NCBI GenBank assembly: GCA_963674965.2
Contig: CAXXFL010000007.1
Span: forward strand, 128,001-192,000
DNA length: 64,000 nucleotides
DNA from: a bacterium
Lineage (GTDB): Bacteria; RBG-13-61-14; DATKZS01
Reading direction: 5' to 3'
Shown in pieces: positions 18,650-27,473 of the stretch. A program made the position numbers and the translations under genes. Position 1 is the stretch's first letter; every line of letters begins with the position of its first letter. A model generated the notes under the pieces. The model did no database searches and was not told the DNA's origin. It saw nothing but the letters and a program-made list of their open reading frames with translations.

Positions 18650-20650
18650 ATGTGGAGAAGACTATTTACCCCTATAAATATCAACAAATTGGAATTGCGG
18701 AACAGGATTTCCATGCCCGCCTTCGGTCTTTTGTATTGCGAGAACCGCCGTCCCAACGAGCGACTGGCCAACTTTTACGAGGCCCGGGCCAAGGGCGGCT
18801 GCGGCCTTGTTATCATCGGCGGCGTGGGCATCTCGATGGAAGGCTCGGGCGTGGTCCTTCCCACCATCGAGAGCGACGACTATATACCCGATTGGCAAAT
18901 GGTTTCAGATGCCATCCACAAGCACGACGGCCGCGTGTTCCTGCAGCTTTTCCATTCCGGCCGCTACATGCATTCTTTCCTGGCGGGCGGCAAGCAGGCG
19001 GTTGCCCCCTCGGCGGTTCCGTCCCGCTACACCAGGGAGACCCCTCGCGCCCTCGAGAAAGAGGAGATACTGGCCATCCAGGACAACTACGCCGCGGCGG
19101 CCGTGAGGTCCAGGGAGGCGGGAATCGACGGGGTCGAGATAATCGCCAGCGCCGGCTACCTTATTTGCCAGTTTCTCTCCCCCCTTACGAACCTCCGGGA
19201 GGACGAGTACGGCGGGAGCTTCGAGAACCGGACGCGCTTCGGACGCGAGGTCCTGGCCAAGGTCAGGGAGGCCGTGGGACCGGATTACCCCATGACCATG
19301 AGGATTTCGGGCAACGACTTCATGCCGGGAAGCTCGACGGGCGAGGATATCGTGAATTACTGCAAAGCCTTCGAGGAAGCGGGGGCCGACGGGTTTAACG
19401 TGACCGGAGGATGGCACGAGACCAAGGTGCCCCAGCTTCCAGCGTGCGTGCCGAGGGGGGCATACACCTACCTGGCCGCCAGGATTCGGGCCAACGTGAA
19501 CGTGCCGGTTTTCGCCTCGAACAGGATAGTCGAGCCGGAACAGGCCGAGACCATATTGAGGGATGAACTGGCCGACCTGGTCAACGTGGGCCGGGCCCAG
19601 ATAGCGGACCCCGAGTGGGCCAACAAGGCCAGGGAAGGCAAGATAAAGGAGATCAGGCCCTGCGTGGACTGCCTGCAGGGATGCATGGACAGGCTTTTCT
19701 CAGGAAAACCCGTCGAGTGCCTTTGCAACCCCCAGGCCGGATACGAGGCGGAAAGAAAGGTCTCGCGCGTTCGGAAGCCCAAGACGGTGGTTATCATCGG
19801 CGCCGGTCCCGCCGGTCTCGAGACGGCCGTTACCGCGGCCAAGCGCGGCCATCACGTGACCATATTCGACGAGGCCGACCACATAGGCGGCCAGCTTCCC
19901 CTGGTGGCGGCCCCTCCCGGCAGGGAGGAGTTCAGGCGGTTGCTCGAGTACTACGAGCATCAGACTCAAGGCCACGGCATATCTCTCAAGCTGGGCAAGA
20001 AGGTCACCATGCAGGCCATAAGGAAAACCAGGCCCAACGCGATTATCCTGGCCACGGGCTCGAAGCAGCTCATCCCGAAAATTCCCGGCATCGACCGTCC
20101 CGAGGTGGTCACGGCCTGGGACGCGCTCCTGGACAAGGTCGACCTGGGCAAGAAGGTCGCGGTGCTTGGGGGCGGGGCCGTGGGTATCGAGACGGCCATA
20201 TCCATCGCCGACCGGGGAACGGTGGACGGCGAGACTTTGAAGTTCCTCCTCAAACATGAGGCCGAGTCACCCGAGACCCTCAGGAAACTGGCCGTGAACG
20301 GCGTTCGTCAGGTTTGGCTGCTGGAGATGCTGCCCAAGATCGGCAAGGATATAGGCATGACTAACCGCTGGGTTTTCCTGAAAGAACTGGACATGCTCGG
20401 CGTCAATGTCCTCACCTCGGCCAAGGTCATCGAAATTGGAGACCAAGGCGTCAAATACGAAAAGGACGGAGAACCGGATACCCTGAAAGTTGACACGGTG
20501 GTGCTGGCCCTCGGCGCCGAGCCCAACCTCGAAATCGAGGACGAACTGAAAAAAGCCGGTTTCGAGTACGAGAAAATAGGCGACGTCAGGCAGCCGCGAA
20601 AGATTATCGACGCCGTGCACGAGGGGTTCCTGGCGGCCATGGAAATCTGA
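18650..20650 (+). CDS. fadH: NADPH-dependent 2,4-dienoyl-CoA reductase (OYE barrel, 4Fe-4S, FAD domain)
   Basis: LQLFHSGRY, GYLICQF, REDEYGGSFENR, CVDCLQGC..C.CNP, IIGAGPAGLE. Confidence 0.88.
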   Translation: MWRRLFTPININKLELRNRISMPAFGLLYCENRRPNERLANFYEARAKGGCGLVIIGGVGISMEGSGVVLPTIESDDYIPDWQMVSDAIHKHDGRVFLQLFHSGRYMHSFLAGGKQAVAPSAVPSRYTRETPRALEKEEILAIQDNYAAAAVRSREAGIDGVEIIASAGYLICQFLSPLTNLREDEYGGSFENRTRFGREVLAKVREAVGPDYPMTMRISGNDFMPGSSTGEDIVNYCKAFEEAGADGFNVTGGWHETKVPQLPACVPRGAYTYLAARIRANVNVPVFASNRIVEPEQAETILRDELADLVNVGRAQIADPEWANKAREGKIKEIRPCVDCLQGCMDRLFSGKPVECLCNPQAGYEAERKVSRVRKPKTVVIIGAGPAGLETAVTAAKRGHHVTIFDEADHIGGQLPLVAAPPGREEFRRLLEYYEHQTQGHGISLKLGKKVTMQAIRKTRPNAIILATGSKQLIPKIPGIDRPEVVTAWDALLDKVDLGKKVAVLGGGAVGIETAISIADRGTVDGETLKFLLKHEAESPETLRKLAVNGVRQVWLLEMLPKIGKDIGMTNRWVFLKELDMLGVNVLTSAKVIEIGDQGVKYEKDGEPDTLKVDTVVLALGAEPNLEIEDELKKAGFEYEKIGDVRQPRKIIDAVHEGFLAAMEI

Positions 20651-20670
20651 TCCTGTCTCGAGGATTCTTT

Positions 20671-21150
20671 TCAGGGAATGGCGAGAAGGTATTTCCTGCC
20701 GATTATCAAGGCCCCTCCCTCCTCGCGATTGCAAACGACGATGGCGTCCATCAGCCTCTTGATGGCGGGAAGGCCCGACCCCATTCCCCGCGGACGAAAA
20801 GACGGATCGTCGGGATCTATATACCTTCCCTCCGAGAAGCCGTCCTCCAGCCCGCGCTCGAGCTCGGCCATGCCAGGGCCGTCGTCAACCGCCTGGAACT
20901 CGATGCCGGGACTGTCCCCCTCCAGGCGTCCGAAACGTATTTCACCCCGACCGGCGAACTTGAGGATGTTGGTGGCGGCCTCCGAGACGGCGATGGCGAT
21001 GGCCCACTGGTCGCGGCGGCCGAAACCGAGAAGTGCCGCGTAGCTTCTGGCCTTGCTCTGGGCCAGGATCACGTCGCAGGCCCGGCTGATGGAGACGGAA
21101 AGCTCAATAGAGGATGGCCGCGCAGGTCGCGTCGTCATGGGACTTCCCAT
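20671..21150 (-). CDS. RsbT-like anti-sigma/Ser-Thr kinase (second copy)
   Basis: AVSEAATNILKFAG, DDGPG, GMGSGLPAIKRLMD; start may be a few codons later. Confidence 0.85.
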   Translation of the reverse strand: MGSPMTTRPARPSSIELSVSISRACDVILAQSKARSYAALLGFGRRDQWAIAIAVSEAATNILKFAGRGEIRFGRLEGDSPGIEFQAVDDGPGMAELERGLEDGFSEGRYIDPDDPSFRPRGMGSGLPAIKRLMDAIVVCNREEGGALIIGRKYLLAIP

Positions 21151-21661
21151 ATTCCTTGACGAGATCGTTCGCCGTCCGTCTCGCGCTTTTATCTTTATAA
21201 AGGTCAGGGTCGAAGGAGTGTGAAATCCCGTCGGTGTACAATATTAAGAGGTCCCCCCTTGAAAGACCATGCACGCTTTCCTTTACTTTCCTGACTCTTC
21301 TGCCGACCACGCCCGGATAGTTGATGGGCCTTATGGGCTTCTTGCTGGCGCATTTCAACTCGACGTTGCCGACGCCGGCGTAAATCATTTGCCCTTCTTC
21401 ATCGATTTTCAGGATGGCCATGGCCACTCCCCGAGTATGGGCAATGGCCTTGTCGCACTCGGCGATCATCTGTGTCGGGTTGAGACCCGGGTTTTCCTCG
21501 ATCACGCGGCACGCGGCCCGTGAGGCCTTGGCCGCCTCGGGTCCGTGTCCCAGCCCGTCGGTAACGGCCACCACGGTGACGCCATTATCCTGGATTACGG
21601 CGTATCCGTCCCCACACTCGGTCTCGCCCGGCTTGGGCCTGCTCGCCACGTGTATGATCAC
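21104..21661 (-). CDS. rsbX: RsbX-like PP2C/SpoIIE phosphatase
   Basis: ECGDG, VTDGLGHG, YAGVGN, YTDGI, DDAT. Confidence 0.85.
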   Translation of the reverse strand: MIIHVASRPKPGETECGDGYAVIQDNGVTVVAVTDGLGHGPEAAKASRAACRVIEENPGLNPTQMIAECDKAIAHTRGVAMAILKIDEEGQMIYAGVGNVELKCASKKPIRPINYPGVVGRRVRKVKESVHGLSRGDLLILYTDGISHSFDPDLYKDKSARRTANDLVKEYGKSHDDATCAAILY

Positions 21662-22308
21662 AGCTCGAGAAATTTCCTTATGGTGATTTTGGTCCCCTGG
21701 CCCGGCTTGGTCTCGACGCCGAATTCGTCCATCAGCCGTTTGCAGCCGAGCAGGCCCAGGCCGAGGCCGGTCTTGGACCTGTACTGGCCGGCCATGATTT
21801 TATCGAGGTCCCTTATGCCCGGCCCGCGGTCGGAGGCCACGATCCTTATGGCCCGGGTCCCGACCGCGTCCATGGTGGATATCCTGATCTCGCCGCTTCC
21901 GGCGTATCTGACGATGTTCCTTGACAGCTCGGAGACGGCCGTGGCTATCTTGACCTGGTCCGCCTTCGAGAACCCGACCGACTCTCCTATCGCCTTGGCG
22001 TGGTTCCTCGCCACAACGATGTCGTTCTCGTGCCTGATCTCGACCATGACGGCCACGTCGTCCTGGGGCATGGCTTTTTTACCCGAAAGGGTAAGCAGCC
22101 TTTCCTTGCACATGATGCAGTTGTCCGGCTCGTCCACGAACAGGTCTATACCCTTTAAAAGGGTCGAGATCATGTTCGAGGTCAACTCATTCCCGAGCTC
22201 GCTTTCCGTGATGTTGTTCTTCCGCAAGGCGTAGTGCAGGATGCCCCGGGCCATGGTCTCCGGCATATACCGTGACATCTGGCCCACTATTTCCGATCCC
22301 ACGTTCAT
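21658..22308 (-). CDS. rsbT: RsbT stressosome kinase with ~85-aa N-terminal extension
   Basis: ATAVSELSRNIVRYAG, DRGPGI, GLGLGLLGCKRLMDEF. Confidence 0.9.
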   Translation of the reverse strand: MNVGSEIVGQMSRYMPETMARGILHYALRKNNITESELGNELTSNMISTLLKGIDLFVDEPDNCIMCKERLLTLSGKKAMPQDDVAVMVEIRHENDIVVARNHAKAIGESVGFSKADQVKIATAVSELSRNIVRYAGSGEIRISTMDAVGTRAIRIVASDRGPGIRDLDKIMAGQYRSKTGLGLGLLGCKRLMDEFGVETKPGQGTKITIRKFLEL

Positions 22309-22321
22309 GTCCGCTCCTTGG

Positions 22322-22732
22322 TTAATGGCTTAACCCAAGAAGGAAATCCTCGTCCATCTCGAGGCCCGCGATCTCCGATTCCCCGGCGGCCAGCGACTCG
22401 ATGGCGCTCTCGAGGTTCAGGGCCGTCTCGAGGCCCTCGAGGGTCATGCCCATCTCGACCAGGGAATGGGCCATGGTGGGGTCCAGTCCCGCTATTACCG
22501 TCTTCGTGCCCATGAGCCTGGCGATGCTGGAAATGTCCCCGATCGACCTGGCGATGTAGCTGTCGAGGACGTCGATTCCGGAAAGCTCGATAATAAGCCC
22601 CCTGGCGTTGGTGGCCTGGATTTCAGAGGTTAGCTCCTCTTTGAGCTCCGCCACCAGGCCGTCGCTCAGGTCCACCTGGATCGACACCAGAAGGTTATTG
22701 TAGAGCTTAATTATTGGTATAGTTCTGGCCAT
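22322..22732 (-). CDS. rsbS: RsbS STAS antagonist
   Basis: IPIIKL, LLVSIQVDL, phosphosite LDSYIA, LVEMG. Confidence 0.9.
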   Translation of the reverse strand: MARTIPIIKLYNNLLVSIQVDLSDGLVAELKEELTSEIQATNARGLIIELSGIDVLDSYIARSIGDISSIARLMGTKTVIAGLDPTMAHSLVEMGMTLEGLETALNLESAIESLAAGESEIAGLEMDEDFLLGLSH

Positions 22733-23567
22733 GTTTTCCCTCCAGGGAACGGCCGCGGACCCCTCGAAGGTGAGCGATGCAGTCAACCAGGCCCTCCTTG
22801 AGGTTCCTTAGCGTCTTGACCGCCGAAAGGTTGGCGCCTATGTCGACCAGCGTCTGGGCCACCGCCGGGTTTATTCCCGTGAGAACGCAGTAAGCGCCGA
22901 GCAGCCTCGAGGCCTGAACCACCTTGAGAAGGTAGTCGGCCGTCCTGGTGTCCACTATCTCCACGCCCGTGACGTCGAGGATGACGCAGCGGGACTGGGA
23001 CTCAACTATCTTGTCAAGGAGCGAGTTCATGATGTCCATGCTCCGCTTGGTGTCGACCACGCCCACGATGGGAAGAACGAGAACGTCGTCCCAAACCTCC
23101 ATGATGGGAGTCGAGAGCTCGCGGATGGCGTCCTGCTGGCTCGAGATGATCTCGAGCTTTTCACGTATTTCGTTCTCGGCCTTGACCATGTCGGTCACGT
23201 CGCGTCCCGTGCCGATGAACCCGAGAAAATTGCCCCCATCGTCCAAATTGGGACTGCCGTTGATCTCGATAATCAGTTCTTTTCCGTCCCTATTAAGGTG
23301 AGTGAACCTGAGGGTGTTAAAGGAAGTCTTGTTCATGCCGTGCTCGATAAGGAGCTTGGCCGCTCTTTCCTTGTCTTCCTCCACCAAGAAGTCGGTGGCG
23401 TTCATCCCGACAACTTCTTCCGGCTCGTAGCCGAGCATGTCCATGCACCGGGGACTCGTGTAGATCATGTTGCCTCTCTGGTCCGTCTCCCATACCCATT
23501 CGTTGATCGTCTTGAAGATTAACTCGTAACGCCTCTCCAGTGACTCGTGCAAATTGGAGCCTTCCAT
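22707..23567 (-). CDS. rsbR: RsbR-like co-antagonist, PAS + STAS
   Basis: PAS/PAC followed by ELSTPIM, LPIVGVVDTKR, LDVTGVEIVDT. Confidence 0.9.
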   Translation of the reverse strand: MEGSNLHESLERRYELIFKTINEWVWETDQRGNMIYTSPRCMDMLGYEPEEVVGMNATDFLVEEDKERAAKLLIEHGMNKTSFNTLRFTHLNRDGKELIIEINGSPNLDDGGNFLGFIGTGRDVTDMVKAENEIREKLEIISSQQDAIRELSTPIMEVWDDVLVLPIVGVVDTKRSMDIMNSLLDKIVESQSRCVILDVTGVEIVDTRTADYLLKVVQASRLLGAYCVLTGINPAVAQTLVDIGANLSAVKTLRNLKEGLVDCIAHLRGVRGRSLEGKHGQNYTNN

Positions 23568-23623
23568 CCGTTCCTCCTTGTTAAACTCTTTTGTAATTTC
23601 CAGGCTGGTGGATTAAGTTCCCG

Positions 23624-23642
23624 CGATAAAATACCTTTATCG
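23624..23642. promoter_or_regulatory. Palindromic candidate operator upstream of rsbR
   Basis: CGATAAA-N5-TTTATCG; related imperfect site at 23714-23730. Confidence 0.35.
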
Positions 23643-24035
23643 ACTGAAATGTTCCATGGAATCGGCCCGTTCGAGTCGCGGCGCTCTTTTAGCCGATCCT
23701 TATTGCCAACGACCGTATAAGGTTTTATCGTCTTATTGTCGATTCTTTGTTTCTTTGATATTCTCCTTTCAAGTCCCCTTGTGGTACGAATTTCTTATAA
23801 TCAATAAATATGCCAATAGTGACAACCCGGCTAAAGGAGCGGCAAACCCTCGGTTTACAAAGTAATATTTCGTCTTTAATCAAACATGTTTTGCAATTGA
23901 GAATCCTTTGTGACTTCCATTTTGGTAAGCACGGATGTTTCTGTAAACCATAGTTATATCGGACACTTATCATAAACATCCATATTATTGCGAGTGAAAA
24001 CGGGCAGGTGTGGTTCTCGATTATGATAAATTTAT

Positions 24036-24065
24036 CTTTTATGCCGAGTGCCGGATTATGCCGAA
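24036..24065 (+). repeat. RIT left terminal inverted repeat
   Basis: CTTTTATGCCGAGTGCCGGATTATGCCGAA. Confidence 0.92.
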
Positions 24066-24218
24066 CCGTGCCTTGATCAAATGGACAATAGTGGTGTAAC
24101 TGGCGATTAATTAGCACATATGTGGCCAGGCTGTTTACCGATGAGGGATTGATTGTTCGGCATAATTCTGATGAGGTCTTCTCCAAACGTTTAACTCACA
24201 AAAAGGAGGAGACGGAAA

Positions 24219-25451
24219 ATGATTAAAGATGTTTGCATGGTTCCAAGGATGAAAGGTTTGGGGGTATGGCCAATCGGTCCCTATATGGACGGTTACGTCA
24301 ATATGCTTGTCGAGCGCGGATACAGCTACTCCACAATTTTGGGGCGATTGCGCGGGGTGGGCGAACTCACCTTATGGATGGAGAAAAGGGGGAAAGGAAT
24401 TGATGCTTTGAACGAAGCTCTTCTCGAAATTTTTCGCCAAAAGCACGCCTCGCGCATTGGATTGCAGACCGGGGCTCTATCAAGGGATTTTCTTGAGTAT
24501 CTCCGGAAGGAAAAGATCATCGCGGACATTCCGGCCTCAGTCGAGACTCCCAGTTCCACGGAATTGCTCATTGCGCGTTTTGAGAAATACCTGTTGGAAG
24601 AAAAGGGGCTTAATCCGAATACGATCCACGTTATTGTGCCCATTGCGCGGATGTTTTTGAAGCGGACCTTCGGGAGAAAAACAGTCACGGCTGCCCAGTT
24701 GGAGGTCAAAAATGTTCTGAACTTTGTTTCGGATTATGCGATGGCAAAACATCCGACCACGGCGGCGAGAATGGCCAGCTCGTTAAGAACGTTCTGTCCC
24801 TTTCTGCACGCGCAGGGAGAAACGAAAGTGAATTTAGCCGTGGCGGTGCCTTCCGTTGCGCACTGGCGGCTCTCGAAATTGCCAAAGCACCTTAGCGTGA
24901 AGCAGGTTAATGACCTGCTCAAGACGTGCGACTGCGGCACGCCGATAGGAAAGAGAGACTATGCGATCTTGTTGCTGCTTTCCCGCCTCGGGCTACGCGC
25001 TGGCGAAGCAGCGTTTCTGCGCTTGGAGGACATTGACTGGGAAGGCGGCGAGATTCGGGTGTGCGGAAAAAGCGAACGACAAGCCCGGCTTCCATTGCCG
25101 GCAGACGTCGGTAAGGCGCTCGTTGACTATTTGCGGTACGGACGGGCCAACCACGATTCACCTTTTGTTTTCCTTCGCATGATGGCGCCATATGGGGGAC
25201 TTGGCGGTCCCAGCGCTGTCGGCAGCGTGGTGCGCCGTGCCATGAAAAAAGCGGGTATCACGGGTTTTCCAGGGGGAGGCCACGTGCTGCGGCATACACT
25301 GGCGAAGCGAATGTTAGAGGAAAAGTTCACCCTGTTCGAGATCAGCGAGGTCCTGCGGCACAAGGACCTCAAGACGACCGCTATCTACGCGAAGGTGGAT
25401 ACGGACACATTGCACAAGCTGGCCCAACCGTGGCCGGGAGGCGTCCAATGA
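24219..25451 (+). CDS. ritA: Tyrosine recombinase, RIT subunit A
   Basis: GLRAGE, HVLRHT, LRH....TTAIYAKVD. Confidence 0.92.
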   Translation: MIKDVCMVPRMKGLGVWPIGPYMDGYVNMLVERGYSYSTILGRLRGVGELTLWMEKRGKGIDALNEALLEIFRQKHASRIGLQTGALSRDFLEYLRKEKIIADIPASVETPSSTELLIARFEKYLLEEKGLNPNTIHVIVPIARMFLKRTFGRKTVTAAQLEVKNVLNFVSDYAMAKHPTTAARMASSLRTFCPFLHAQGETKVNLAVAVPSVAHWRLSKLPKHLSVKQVNDLLKTCDCGTPIGKRDYAILLLLSRLGLRAGEAAFLRLEDIDWEGGEIRVCGKSERQARLPLPADVGKALVDYLRYGRANHDSPFVFLRMMAPYGGLGGPSAVGSVVRRAMKKAGITGFPGGGHVLRHTLAKRMLEEKFTLFEISEVLRHKDLKTTAIYAKVDTDTLHKLAQPWPGGVQ

Positions 25452-26377
25452 AGACGCTCGGGAAATCGCTTGAACAATATCTTGGGCTGCGACGGTCTCT
25501 TGGGTTCAAGTTGCTCGCGGCGGACAGCCTGCTGCATTCTTTTGTCGCTTTTATGGAGGCAAGAGACGCTGATTTTATTACCGCAACCCTTTCGGTTGAA
25601 TGGGCCACGCAGCCGACGACATGTGGGCCCCTCCGATGGGACGTGCGGCTGGGTTACGTCCGACATTTTGCCGAGTTTCTCAGCGCATTTGAGCCACGCA
25701 CGGAAATCCCTTCACGCGATTTGTTGCCCTATCCCGCCGTGCACAGAAATCCGCCTTACTTGTTCAGCCCCATTGAAATCGCCCGGCTGCTCAAAGCGGC
25801 CCAAGGAATCCGTTCGCGGCGAGGACTTAATGGGGCCACGTACGCCACCTTGTTTGGCCTGCTGGCGGTGACCGGCATGAGGGTTGGCGAGGCAACGACG
25901 CTTGATCTGGAGGATCTGGATTTCGAGCGCTTGTTGCTGCATGTCCGCCATACCAAGCTCGGGAAATCACGCTGGGTGCCCATACATCCGACCACCCGGA
26001 AGGCGTTATTGGCTTACAGAAGAAAGAGGGACCATCTTTTCCCGCAGGCGAGGCCGCATTATTTTATATCAGAACGGGGCCGCCGGCTTGCTGTTGCACA
26101 CGCCAACGAGGTGCTGCGACAACTCTGCGAGCAGGTGGAGATTGATCCAAGAGGAAGACGGATTTCCATACACGCCTTCCGCCACAGCTTTGTCGTTCGC
26201 ACTATCACCAATTGGTATGAGCAAAACGAAGATGCCGAAAGGCGTCTCCCTGAGCTTTCCACCTTTCTGGGACACAACGATCCCGGCAGCACCTATTGGT
26301 ATCTCTCCGCCACCCCCGAGTTGCTGGCGCTGGTCACGGCCAAAATGGACCGGGGAAATCGGAGGGTATTCCAATGA
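25448..26377 (+). CDS. ritB: Tyrosine recombinase, RIT subunit B
   Basis: YLGLRRSLGFKL, GMRVGE, HAFRHSF, LSTFLGH..PGSTYWYL. Confidence 0.92.
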   Translation: MKTLGKSLEQYLGLRRSLGFKLLAADSLLHSFVAFMEARDADFITATLSVEWATQPTTCGPLRWDVRLGYVRHFAEFLSAFEPRTEIPSRDLLPYPAVHRNPPYLFSPIEIARLLKAAQGIRSRRGLNGATYATLFGLLAVTGMRVGEATTLDLEDLDFERLLLHVRHTKLGKSRWVPIHPTTRKALLAYRRKRDHLFPQARPHYFISERGRRLAVAHANEVLRQLCEQVEIDPRGRRISIHAFRHSFVVRTITNWYEQNEDAERRLPELSTFLGHNDPGSTYWYLSATPELLALVTAKMDRGNRRVFQ

Positions 26378-27372
26378 AGAATCCGCTCTCCTTCCCTGAG
26401 CTTTTAGAGGCGTTCTTCACGCAGCGGCTGATGCACCAGCGTCAGGCCAGTCCCCATACCATCGCCAGTTACCGGGACACTTTGCGTCTCCTCTTGGCGT
26501 ATGCGCAAACAAAACTGGGCAAGCAGCCCACCCAGTTGACAATCGCCGATCTGGACGCTTCGTTCATCGGCTCGTTCCTGAATCACCTGGAACAGGAGCG
26601 ACAAAACAATCCCCGCAGCCGCAATGTTCGCTTGGCGGCCATTCACGCTTTCTTCCGCTTCGTGGCCTTTCGGGAGCCCCTCTACAGCGCGATGGCGCAA
26701 CAGATCATGGCCATCCCCATGAAGCGGTTCAAGCGCAAGGAAATTCAGTTCCTCACCCACGAGGAAATGGAAAAACTGTTGGCGGCCCCGGACACCACGA
26801 CTTGGATGGGACGCAGAGATCGAGTGCTGTTGCTGGTGGCGCTCCAGACCGGGTTGCGGGTTACGGAACTGGCAAACCTGAGACGGCAGGATGTGGTCCT
26901 GGGCGCGGGTCCGCATATCCGCTGCTTCGGCAAAGGGCGCAAGGAACGCTGCACGCCGCTGCGGAAGGAATCCGTCGCCGGTCTGCGGGCGTGGTTGAAG
27001 GAACATGACTGCCCGCCAGATGGGTTCCTATTCCCCAACGCCCGCGGCGGCCAGTTGAGTGTTGACGCCATTCAGGACCGCCTGAAGAAGCACTTGGCGA
27101 CGGCGCGTAAAACCTGCGGCTCGTTGCGCAAAAAGAAGATATCGCCCCACGCCCTGCGCCACACCACCGCAATGGAAATGCTGCAAGTGGGCATTGATTG
27201 CTCGATCATCGCCATGTGGCTTGGTAACGAATCCATCGAAACGACTCGGATGTACCTACATGCCGACCTCGAGATAAAGGAAAAGGCCATTGCCAAGACC
27301 GCGCCGCTGAATACCTCGACAAGCCGTTACCGACCCGATGACGCAATACTTGCCTTTTTGAAAGGTCTGTAA
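26374..27372 (+). CDS. ritC: Tyrosine recombinase, RIT subunit C
   Basis: SPHTIASYRDT, GLRVTE, GKGRKER, HALRHT, WLGNES..TTRMY. Confidence 0.92.
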   Translation: MKNPLSFPELLEAFFTQRLMHQRQASPHTIASYRDTLRLLLAYAQTKLGKQPTQLTIADLDASFIGSFLNHLEQERQNNPRSRNVRLAAIHAFFRFVAFREPLYSAMAQQIMAIPMKRFKRKEIQFLTHEEMEKLLAAPDTTTWMGRRDRVLLLVALQTGLRVTELANLRRQDVVLGAGPHIRCFGKGRKERCTPLRKESVAGLRAWLKEHDCPPDGFLFPNARGGQLSVDAIQDRLKKHLATARKTCGSLRKKKISPHALRHTTAMEMLQVGIDCSIIAMWLGNESIETTRMYLHADLEIKEKAIAKTAPLNTSTSRYRPDDAILAFLKGL

Positions 27373-27426
27373 TTATGCCGAATCTATCCCCTAAAAATCC
27401 CAACATTCGCGCCCCCTGTCGCCTCA

Positions 27427-27456
27427 TTCGGCATAATCCGGCACTCGGCATAAAAG
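27427..27456 (-). repeat. RIT right terminal inverted repeat
   Basis: TTCGGCATAATCCGGCACTCGGCATAAAAG, exact reverse complement of the left IR. Confidence 0.92.
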
Positions 27457-27473
27457 GCAAATCTCCCCTTTTT

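Larger units (their letters stand above)
24036..27456 (+). mobile_element. RIT (recombinase-in-trio) element
   Basis: Three ATGA-coupled tyrosine recombinases between perfect 30-bp inverted repeats with TTATGCCG cores. Confidence 0.93.

Noticed and set aside
23725..24186. 153-aa minus-strand ORF across the RIT left end
   Set aside because: Spans the element boundary and has atypical composition; spurious.
27375..27473. N-terminal extension of the LuxR ORF given by the track
   Set aside because: Encoded by RIT terminal DNA including the IR, so not the native N-terminus.
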